Origin: Hypanus sabinus | Taxonomy: Eukaryota | Assembly: GCF_030144855.1 (NCBI RefSeq) | Contig: NC_082731.1 | Coordinates: 23,684,001-23,748,000 of the forward strand | Direction of reading: 5' to 3' | DNA length: 64,000 bases | In this document: piece by piece, positions 14,000 to 23,399 of the stretch | Position numbering within the stretch: position 1 is the first letter of the stretch | Layout of the letters: each line of letters opens with the position of its first letter | Position numbers and translations under genes: made by a program | The notes under the pieces: generated by a model | What the model saw: the letters and a program-made list of their open reading frames with translations, nothing else | What the model was told of the DNA's origin: nothing | Database searches by the model: none

Positions 14000-14430
14000 A
14001 AAAATCAGGTTGAATGAACTCGTGCTTTTCTCCTTGGAGCGACGAAGGATGAGTGATGACCTCATAGACGTGTACAACATGATGAGAGACATTGAACATG
14101 TGGATAGTGTGAGGTTTTGTCCCAGGGCTGAAATGGCTGTCATAAGAAGGCTCAGGATTAAGGTGCTTGGGAATAGATAACAGAAGAGATGTCAGGGGTA
14201 CGTTTTACACAGAAAGAGTGGTAAGTACGACAAATGGGTTGCCGTCAACGGTGGTGGAGGCAGATACGATAGGATCTTTTAAGATTATTTTAGATAGGTA
14301 GGTTGAGCTTAGGAAAATAGAGGGCTATGTGTAATCCTGTAATTTCTAAGGTAGTGACATGTTTGGCACAACTTTGTGGGCAGTAGTACATGTATTGTGC
14401 TGTACGTTTTCTATGTTTCTATGTTTCTGT
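14000..14430 (+). mobile_element. CR1 LINE 3' end
   Basis: LNELVLFSLERRRMSDDLIDVYNMMRDIEHVD and a (TTTCTATG)n-like tail. Confidence 0.8.
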
Positions 14431-15020
14431 AAACGTAATGTTATCTGTAGTTCGTGATGCCGTATACTTCCAAAGCAATAGATTATGCATTTATTGTTTG
14501 GAATTTGTAATATTTCAATGCCTGTTTCTTTTCTGGCGCCGTTCAGACGGCACAAACCGATTTGCGAAGTTGTATCATTCAAAATGGCTGGTAGATTTTA
14601 TGTAACACATGGCTAAACCGGAGAATGCTTTGGAATCCGCAAACAAAAAAAGATAGAATAGCAGGGCACACCCACAGGACGAGTGGCGCAATTACTTTCG
14701 TATATCATATGAACTTCTGATCTACAATGGAAATTACTGAAGGCAGTGATGCCTTTTGGCTGCATGGAATATATTCTTGAGGGTTCTGTGTCTTCCATCT
14801 TTAGAAATGAGAGGAATCAGGAGATCCGCCAGCTTCCAATGAAATGGTGGTTTGAACCAACTGCTTCCATCAGGATAGAATGCTTTCCTCCTGAACATAG
14901 TGGGTCTTGATTCTGGTACTTCTTTTTTCTCGATCACAATTCAACTAAAAAACCGCATTGTGGTTTCTTACCGTTGTCTCCGTTCTCGTCAGTTGTGTAT
15001 TTATATGTTACTACTAAATG

Positions 15021-15059
15021 AGTTTTTGTATTGTTCTCTCGCTGCAGAGTAGCACTGTG
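15021..15059 (-). other. Extra (distal) 23-bp-spacer RSS, near consensus, with no coding segment of its own
   Basis: Minus strand CACAGTG (15059-15053) + 23 nt + ACAAAAACT (15029-15021). Confidence 0.85.
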
Positions 15060-15081
15060 TGCTTGTAACGCGAAACGCACT

Positions 15082-15120
15082 AGTTCTTGAACAGTGCTGC
15101 TCATGGACGGCATCACAGTG
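15082..15120 (-). other. 23-RSS of supporting V (cassette 1)
   Basis: CACTGTG (15120-15114) + 23 nt + TCAAGAACT (15090-15082), abutting the V coding end. Confidence 0.85.
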
Positions 15121-15423
15121 CTGACAACCGACTCATTGCACAGTAGTACACAGCAGCGTCGCTCAGTTGAACTTTGGAGATAGTCAGTTGGCTGATTTTC
15201 TTAGCAGGATCGACAAAGCCAATAATTCGTTCTCCGGCAATATTTTTTTTATCCTGTGCTCCAAAGGTTTGCCCCTGGAACAGGAATATGGGGGCCTGTC
15301 CTGGAAGCTGCCGATACCAGTGTAAAGTGTTGCGACAATTGACGTCATATTGGCATCTTAAAATGGCTGTGCCAGAAAGTGTTCTTTGTAGTTCAGGACT
15401 CTCAGACGTTAGCGAAATCGATT
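15121..15423 (-). CDS. Leaderless supporting TCR-delta-type V exon (NAR-TCR cassette 1), intact
   Basis: Acceptor tttctattcatacAG, phase 1, 303 nt open: ESISLTSESPELQRTLSGTAILRCQYDVNCRNTLHWYRQLPGQAPIFLFQGQTFGAQDKKNIAGERIIGFVDPAKKISQLTISKVQLSDAAVYYCAMSRLS. Canonical C, WYRQ and YYC plus an extra CDR1 Cys. No leader exon seen in the sequenced part of the intron. Confidence 0.92.
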
Positions 15424-15882
15424 CTGTATGAATAGAAAGGAAGATTATTGCTCATTTACCGCAAACTGTCAGAAAAATAGTCTCAAATATGATAAGGAGT
15501 TTTTTTTTTTCTCTCATGCAAACTTGTTTTATTTGAAATGTGAGTAAACAATATTTATGGTCGTTGACAATTATTATAAAGAATTGATGCAGTGAAATTC
15601 TATGATTCTATGAAACATTTGCACAGAGCCTACAATCTAATAACAGGTCGAACTCTTTTTCTCAGTTCTGCGCTGTTTATTATAAACTTCAGTTTAATAC
15701 ACAATTATGATGGATTAGATTGTTTGTTCAAGTTGACAGGTGTTCCATGAAGAATAGTGTATTTTTTAAAAATTTTTCCTCCAATGTTTCAGCCACTTGA
15801 TTTGTAACATGCTGATCACAGTAAGGCGACTGAATGTTACGACTGCTCATATAATATTCTAAGCAGTTGAAGGCAAACGTTG

Positions 15883-16109
15883 NNNNNNNNNNNNNNNNNN
15901 NNNNNNNNNNNNNNNNNNNNNNNNNNNNNNNNNNNNNNNNNNNNNNNNNNNNNNNNNNNNNNNNNNNNNNNNNNNNNNNNNNNNNNNNNNNNNNNNNNNN
16001 NNNNNNNNNNNNNNNNNNNNNNNNNNNNNNNNNNNNNNNNNNNNNNNNNNNNNNNNNNNNNNNNNNNNNNNNNNNNNNNNNNNNNNNNNNNNNNNNNNNN
16101 NNNNNNNNN
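15883..16109. other. Assembly gap (N run) inside the J-to-supporting-V intron
   Basis: 227 N. Other gaps at 39504-39716, 46832-47014 and 53187-53481. Confidence 1.
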
Positions 16110-16868
16110 TGCTATTTTCCTTACAATCTGGGAATAATTTGGAGAACACAAGTTTCATTATTTCATACAACTCAGTGACTCATTTATATATAGACTCACA
16201 TGAATTTCTTTCCTGCTTGCGGTTTATGCCTTAAACTGCTAATAAAGTTTCCCACAGTCAGACAGCAGTCGGTTGAATTCATTCTCCGCTGATTGCACTA
16301 GCAGTTCATCCTTACTCATAGCAGTAATTTCCCTCCCCATCTCATTCTGTTAATTCAGTTTACCACATCGTCTTTCTGCACAGTGAGTATAGATTCAGTC
16401 TACAGAATCACACCACACAGGAAAAAACATATAATTCCAGTCACTCTCGTTCAACCGTGAAGAGCCATGCATCGATACAGCTCTCCAAAATCTATTTCAG
16501 TGGAAAATAAATGCATCTCTCATATTCTGCCTACTAATATCCCTCATCTCAATCTGGTTTCTTTCCGGCAGGTGGACCTGATTTTTTTTATTTATCGTAC
16601 TTATTAATCTTTGGGTGATGGTCGTTTTGGGTAGTGTCAAAATGTATGGTTCACAAACAGAACTGATGGGAATACTTAAATATTTTTACAGCAATGGCTC
16701 ATCCGTTAACGCACCCTGTGCTTACGTCCTCTACTACACACTTTGTAGAACAACATTTGACATCAGACCCATTTAAAATTTAATGATTTAAAATTAATTG
16801 ATTATCTACAAAATGCCAGTGAAAAGGGAGAGATATTGGAATAATCGCAGAAGTCTGTGGATACTTAC

Positions 16869-16926
16869 CGGGCCTGACCGTTACCGTTGTCCCTGTTCCA
16901 TCTAGTGTATGAGTCGTCCATGGATA
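16869..16926 (-). CDS. NAR-type J segment (cassette 1)
   Basis: 58 nt, YPWTTHTLDGTGTTVTVRP+G, followed by donor GTAAGT (phase 1). Confidence 0.93.
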
Positions 16927-16965
16927 CACAATGATCCTGTTCTCGGTCTCCATTGTACAACAACT
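16927..16965 (+). other. 23-RSS of J (cassette 1)
   Basis: CACAATG (16927-16933) + 23 nt + ACAACAACT (16957-16965). Confidence 0.9.
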
Positions 16966-17318
16966 ACACTCACATGAATCTCTTTAGCAAACGTTAAAAC
17001 AGGCTTACTAATATTTCCAGGATCGTATTACAACAAATAGTATGCAGTATTCCCCATTTGCCAGCAGGCCAATATTTTCTTCATGAGAAAGCAAAACCTA
17101 ATTAAAATTAAATATATATATATATATAAACAGCACGGCAGACCGATTCCGTGAAGAAAATAAAACAGCATACGTGACAGTCAAACATACATATGCAATA
17201 TGGAAATTATAAATTATCTGAACAGATTTCTAGGTAAACATCACCAGGTTGATATTTTTCTATGAAATATGGAGAAGCTATAGTAAAAACGAGTAGTTTA
17301 TTTATGTATTTTTTGTTA

Positions 17319-17390
17319 TTTTTTTGTTCGGATCATTTACACTGTGTTTGCCCCCAAAATTACACAGTACTTCACGTGAATTTTAAATCT
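17319..17390 (-). other. D segment (cassette 1), TAATTTTGGGGGCAAA at 17347-17362, flanked by 12/12 RSS
   Basis: 3' RSS CACAGTG+12+ACAAAAAAA. 5' RSS heptamer CACAGTA (17363-17369)+12+degenerate TTTAAATCT. Frames read *FWGQ, NFGGK, ILGA. Confidence 0.88.
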
Positions 17391-17728
17391 GCCGGTGACT
17401 CGATGAAAGAATCGAGCGGGAATTTGATTCCGAGCGATGGTGATTTCCGTTTCCAAATGTACAAGTTTCCAAGTGCACGATTCTTTCTGTAGTTTTCGAC
17501 AAAAAATGTATATTTATTAATGATCTGTCGACATTTATTGATACATACCTCAGGGTATGCAACAACATCTACGCACACGTGAGGTGAAAACATAAAGCCT
17601 GTACATGAATAGAAAAAAAAACTCAAGGTTAGCTAGACTGCAGGATGACTTATTAGCAGGAATAGAATATGAACCAAACCCGCAGAACCATTCTGCTCCG
17701 ATTGATTCAGGAATAAGCAACATTTGAA

Positions 17729-17766
17729 AGTTTTTGCACAGCGTAAAGCCGAAGCCCATCATTGTG
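17729..17766 (-). other. RSS of NAR-type V (cassette 1), 22-bp spacer
   Basis: CACAATG (17766-17760) + 22 nt + GCAAAAACT (17737-17729). Confidence 0.9.
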
Positions 17767-18060
17767 CTGCACGCCATTTGTACACAGCTTGACAGTAATA
17801 GGTGCCGCTGTCTTTCACTTGTGGATCTCGTATTTCCAACGAAAACTGCATTTCTGTTTTCTTAATCAAAATAGCAAATCTGCCCCCGCGAGTGACTTCT
17901 TTCCGTTCGGCCGCTGAGTTGGCCCGGCTGAAGAATTTTCCCGTGTGAAAGCGATATTCACCAGCTGAACCACGTTGAAAACTGCATGTGATGGTTGCAG
18001 TCTGACATTCATTCACGTTTACAATGGTCGGGCTCTGAGTCACCGACTGACTCAGTGAAC
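17767..18060 (-). CDS. IgNAR-like V exon of NAR-TCR (cassette 1), intact
   Basis: 294 nt open: RSLSQSVTQSPTIVNVNECQTATITCSFQRGSAGEYRFHTGKFFSRANSAAERKEVTRGGRFAILIKKTEMQFSLEIRDPQVKDSGTYYCQAVYKWRA. The short FR2-FR3 region aligns with VNAR ([32 protein letters not shown]). Extra FR1 Cys. Confidence 0.92.
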
Positions 18061-18197
18061 CTGGGAATTAGAAAAAAAAATGAGGAAAGTGAATTGCAGT
18101 CACAAAAGAATATCACGAAGAATCTATTCAGATTGAATATCAGAGAGAGCAAACACATTTAAAATGAACGTATTGTGGATGTCTGAAGGGTACTCAC

Positions 18198-18240
18198 GCC
18201 GTAAGCAGAGCCAGAGTGTGAAAAAATAGAAGACTCTCAT
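18198..18240 (-). CDS. Leader exon of NAR-type V (cassette 1)
   Basis: ATG at 18240, MRVFYFFTLWLCLR + 1 nt, donor GTGAGT, 137-nt intron to CAG at 18063-18061. Confidence 0.88.
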
Positions 18241-18436
18241 CGTCAACACGGAATATTGCAGAACTGACGGAGAGATGGATCTCACGGCTTACTGAGTTAT
18301 GGTAGAATGTACTTCAGAGTGGACAGTGAACTTTTAAGAACAAGTTTGTTGAGAGACAGATGTTGCTTTTGAATCTGTTTCGTGTCTTTCAACCGGGTGA
18401 GGATGCCCCTCCCATGACTTTCTAACGTTCAACGTG

Positions 18437-18463
18437 TGTGACGGAGATGGCCTATCAATGGAT
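18437..18463 (-). promoter_or_regulatory. Conserved upstream element of the NAR-type V promoter
   Basis: 27/27 identical to 52057-52083 at the same distance (about 195 bp) from the start codon. Confidence 0.65.
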
Positions 18464-20999
18464 GAGTCTGGCACATTTGTCATGAAACGGACGCTTTTTC
18501 AAGGAAAAAAAATGTTATTTGATATTTATTGATGTAGAGACGAGTGCGCCGAGTATCCCCCGTATATTCAGTTCTTATACATTTGTGACGGAAATCTCTG
18601 ATCTTGACGACAGATACGCGAGACGGGCTGACAAACTCTGCCTCAGCCTAGGAAAAGTGTGATGGCATATTCAGACTTCTCAATCACCAGTCCCTCATGG
18701 TCACTTAACTTCTACTGAAGGTATGGGTGGGAAGAAATATGCCGCTAAAATGTTTCAATTTGCCTGTGATTGAAGAAGGCATAACACATTTTTCACGTTC
18801 GATATCAATCTTGCCGTTTGTGTCCAGGGGTATGGACAATCTGGAAGTCTGTTTTAGATAAAATGAAGTTGACATCAACTGCAGCAAACATCCGCACAAG
18901 GGACCGCTGCTTTGCAGTAAGTTGAGTGGAATACAGTTTTACATAAAGGTCAAGGGTTATTTTGTATTATAATTATTATTAGTAGTGATAATAGAAGTAG
19001 TAGTATTACTATTCGTGGAGAATTCCAATGCGAACGTCCTTGACGATAAAGGGAATTGCTGCCATATCGATACAGGATAAATAGTTGATAAAAGTATTTG
19101 CAGAGTGTGGAGAAAAGTTAGCTGGATCATGAAGTGATTTATATCGGTCTGCACCGCAGCGTTCTCTGCAAGCTGCATGTTATGTTGTACTGTGAGATTT
19201 TCTCTGTTCTGACTGAAGAAACCTTTAACTAAAGAGGACACAAGGAATGAAAGAGAAGCTCGGTGCATACACAAGGCAAATGCAACAAATCATATCGAAT
19301 GCTAGGCACTGCTCTGCAGAGATACAACAAAAAGCAAAAAAAAATATTAAATACTGGTGATGCTGAAGGAAAACTCAAGATTAAGGAAATAGTGGGAATG
19401 CAAAGTGCCACCGTGGAAATAGAATGCTAATGTTCTGGTTTTTTTTTTCATTTTTTTTGTTAATTAGCATTGTACATGGATTTGATTTTGTGATTACATT
19501 GAGATTCCGTGAGATCTCACGGAAAATAGCCTGCAGAGTTTTAATTTCCTTGCACCTCCGCAGTTAACGACTTGGAATTAATCATCTTCCGTATTACCTC
19601 ACTAGCTGTAATGAAATCTTACCAAATAAATAAACAAACAAATAAATAATTTAATTGTGCAGTTAATTAATCAACCGATGGTTGTATTAATGAATAAATA
19701 AATACAGTCATAAATAAATAAATTGAAAATGATGTTAATGATATATGGGCTAGGCAATGCAATGAACAACCACATATGCGAACTGTAGGAGAAGGAAATG
19801 CATGAAATATGTTTTTAAATTGCGGCCAGTCGAAGATCCGAAGCATGTCTGGACCTAGATCAGTCAAGTTTGTCGATTGAGTATACTCGACATCAACTCG
19901 CAGCTATTTCATCTTTTAACCTGAGCTTATCGGAGATACAAAGCTTGAGAAGACAGAGCTCAGACAGTTTCGCCGATTGCGAAAATAAGGCATCGGCTCG
20001 CTGCGATTTGGTGTTTCAAACTGCTGCCAATCGGAGACTGTAAATATGGTTAGACAGAGCTATCTCAGATTCGTCGATACAAATGCAATTTTCGGCATTT
20101 TCGTGTTTTGAAAATCGATATAGATTGATTGACAAGAACAAAATTAATCAATGTAGGGTATAGCAGTGCAGCCGTCATTGGAGTTGGCAGTGCTACAAAC
20201 GGATCTTGAGGCATTGCTTCTTCGAAGTTTCAGCGAGATTAGGCCTGAGTGGGAGAATGCGAAATGTTGTAGGCAACTGTGTTTCCCCGTAGTTTAATTA
20301 TTGTTCATGTTTCATTCTTTATTTTTCCTCAGGATGAACTGTAACTATGTCAGGTAGAAATTTTGAACTTAATACACAAAAAAAAATATAAAACTGCAGT
20401 ATTAACTCAACAGACCCCGTAACATGTACGGGAAACAGTAAGCATTTGGCATTTCTGGCCAGAATCACAGTAGGGACTTAATAAATGCATGATATTGGAA
20501 CACTCGGAATTTTACAGTATCACTGACGACTACTCATGGATGAAGTGCACACAATTTCAATTTCTTACACTCTGTTTTCAGGAGCTGAAGCTGGAACTGG
20601 ATGTACGCTGAATTTATCTAAATGCAAAGGGCGTGATAGATTGGACGTAATGATGGTGTGTGCACCAAAGTTACAGGAGTCTGCCAACGTGGATGACAAG
20701 AAAGAGAAAGGAATTAAACAACCAGTGCAGTGTGCCCTGTGGAAATATCCCTTAACAACTGACATGTTAATTTGGATAATGTTCGGGACATGCGTTACCA
20801 GAAAAACATCATTGCTTTGCACTCTCTAGCTTCTGTTTCTGTGATGGAGAAGTAAGTTGAATTCAATTGAATTTACTTTATTACCTCTATCATTTACATG
20901 ATGAGTACATATCTACACGTTATATTTCCGTTTAAATGTGCAATGTTCAACTTATAATAATTTATCATAAATAGTCTGTAAAACAGTATGGTCAAAATA

Positions 21000-21350
21000 A
21001 CATACAAATACAATTGTTTCTGCATGACTTAATAAGTCTAATGGGCTGGTGGAGAAAGCTGTTCCGCAGCCTTTTGATCCTGGATTTTATGTTGCTATCC
21101 CGTTTCTCGGATGGTGGCAGCTGGAACATTTTGTGCTTGTCGTGTCCTTGGGATTTGGAGGTCAAACATTTTCAACTTCCTGCGGTGCAAGAGGCGCTGT
21201 TTTGCCTTATTCACCACACAACCGGTATGTACTTATATAGATTTTCAGTAATTTGTATGCCGAAGAACATGAGTTTTAAATATTCATTGTTGTTAATAGT
21301 GGTTAGTTAGTCTGTCTCCATTCTTACTGTAGTCTACATCCAGCTTCTCT
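21000..21350 (-). mobile_element. LINE 3' fragment (Rex1/Babar- or L2-like)
   Basis: Resembles the reverse complement of the 3' ends of the Rex1/Babar copies in this window; degenerate. Confidence 0.45.
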
Positions 21351-21371
21351 GTTTTTTTTTTATTTTCCCCC

Positions 21372-22262
21372 TGTGATAAGGATGTTAGGAGAATTCAGGA
21401 TGACTTGGATAGTCTGTGTGAGTGGGCAGATACATGGCAGATGGCGTTTAATGTGAATAAGTGTGAGGTTATCCACTTTGGGAGTAAGAACAGGAAGGCA
21501 GATTATTATCTGAACGGTGTAGGGTTGGGTAACGGAGAAATACAAAGAGATCTCGGAGTCCTTGTTCGGCAGTCACTGAAGGTGAATGAGCAAGTGCAGC
21601 AGTCAGTGAAGAAGGCTAACGGAATGTTGGCCTTTATTACAAAAGGGAATTGAGTACAAGAGCAAGGAAATCCTCTTGCATTTGTACTGAGCCGTGGTGA
21701 GACCACACGGGGAGTATTGTGTACACTGTTGGTCTCCAAAGTTAAGGAAGAGCATTCTGGCTGTAGAGGAAAAGCAGTGTAGATTCACGAGGTTAGTTTC
21801 TGGGATGTCTGGACTGTCTGACGTAGAGAGTTTAGAGTGACTGGGCTTGTACACGCTGAAATTAAGGAGATTGAGAGGGGATCTGATTGAAACATATAAG
21901 ATTATTAAGGGATGGGACAAGATAGAGGCAGGAAATATGTTCCAGATGCTGGGAGAGTCCAGTACCAGAGGGCATGGTTTGAGAATAAGGGTTAGGTCAT
22001 TTAGGAGTTAAGGAAAAACCTCTTCTCCCAGAGATTTGCGGGAGTCTGGAATGCACTGCCTCAGAAGGTAGTGGAGGTCAGTTCTCTGGATGCTTTCAAG
22101 AAGGAGCTAGATAGGTATCTTATGTATAGAGGATTCAAGGGATATGGGGACAAGGCAGGAACCGGCTATTGATAGTAATTAATCTGCCATGATCTCAAAC
22201 TTGCGGTGCAGGCTCTAGGGGCCGAATGGTTCTCTTCTGCACCTATTGTCTATTGTCTATTG
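21372..22262 (+). mobile_element. CR1 LINE 3' portion
   Basis: DSLCEWADTWQMAFNVNKCEVIHFGSKNRKADYYLNG..QRDLGVLV and an (ATTGTCT)n tail. Confidence 0.88.
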
Positions 22263-22279
22263 ATATTGGGAAAGAATTT

Positions 22280-23330
22280 GTGTCCTTGACACCCCTGTGA
22301 CTGGGTGGCGAATTCTTCTTTCTCGGCTCCCATATTATTGTTTGAGATTTGGTCAATCAGTGTACTTTCCTCGGCAGATTGAATTAGCTGGTTGTAGCTT
22401 TGAGTATGGAGTCAGTTGTTGGTATCCAAAGATTAAAGCAAGAGGCTTTGTACACAGACCTGGGGGTACGGGTGCTGATGGTCAGAGGAGCAATGATGAG
22501 GGAGCTCTTTCTTACCAACTGCGGCGTTCTGACAGAAGGTCCAGGTTTCACCTACATCAGGCAAGATGACAGCCGCTGTCTCTGAACTTTGGTCGAGCCT
22601 GGAGGGAATTATAGTTTTGACTGCTGAACTGTAGTCCAATTACAGCATTCATTCATAAGCATCCCCCTTCACTAGATGTGTATTGATGTTGTGTAGAGCT
22701 GTGGCTATTGCGTAATCTATTGTTCGGTTATGTCGATAAGAGAAATGTAGGGGTCTGGTGTTGGTGGTAGAATGCTGCAGGTGTAGTCCCTGAGCAGCCA
22801 CTCAAAAAAAATTGCTTATTATTCAGCAGAGCTCAACAGGACGCCAGTCGTCCAGAGAGGGTACCTTGGTCCTTTTAGTTACAGGGACAATGACCAAAGC
22901 TTTGAAGCAGGACTACACTCCACATTGGGAGCCTGAAAGTTTAAAACTGACTGTAAACACAGCTGCCAGTTGGGCCGCGCACTTCCTGTGTACCCGCCAT
23001 GGGATGCCTTCCGATCTCGCAGTTTGGTCAATGTACACGCGTTGGAAATACCTCCGTATTTCAGTCTAAGAAATGAGCAAGCTACCGGTCAGATCATCTA
23101 CAGTCTCCAGAGGGGCTCAGTATTGGCGACATACAATCGAGCGTTTAAAGATTTAGCTCGTCTGGGAGATTGGCAGCATGTTGGAAAATCCACTGCGTTT
23201 AGCTTTGAGTCTGTGATGGTGTGCAAGCTTGTAGTCTGTTGAGTGTATAACTTGTGGATCGTTGTGTCTGGATGTTGTCCATGTACTGTTATATTGTTGT
23301 TTCACTGCCATATTGACGTTGCGTGGATCA
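22280..23330 (-). mobile_element. Rex1/Babar-type LINE RT fragment
   Basis: Minus DYSSAVKTIIPSRL matches the IDYRSAVNTTIPNKL region of the copy at 33003-36395. Confidence 0.7.
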
Positions 23331-23399
23331 TAGCTGCATTTCTTGAACTGCTGCCGAATACCGGCAACGCAAATTCTGTGTCGCCCAGTAAGTGCTGCT

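Noticed and set aside
15139-15145. Embedded heptamer TACTGTG at the YYC codons of supporting V1 (V-replacement-type cryptic RSS)
   Set aside because: A generic by-product of TAC TGT GC codons, with no nonamer at 12 or 13 nt.
15837-16178. Long ORFs in the track spanning X runs (also near 39442-39882, 46773-47112 and 53126-53654)
   Set aside because: Artefacts of N gaps. The 227-N gap in the cassette 1 intron could in principle hide a small exon, but the gap-free paralogous intron shows no leader.
16200-16420. Intron block with an acceptor-like AG and a vaguely V-like reading (CCLTVGNFISSLRHKPQAG), homologous to 49800-50040
   Set aside because: Multiple stops, no shared frame between copies, and no more conserved than the rest of the duplicon.
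17050-17062. Conserved G-rich TTCCCCATTTGCC (also 50701-50713) as a second D
   Set aside because: No CAC heptamer in cassette 1 and no nonamers at 12 or 23 spacing. At most a factor-binding site.
20582-20851. Exon-like stretch (ttttcAG ... GTAAGT) with Cys-rich and hydrophobic readings, considered as a TCR constant or transmembrane exon
   Set aside because: In-frame stop, no C1-set or TM motif that aligns properly, and opposite strand to the locus.
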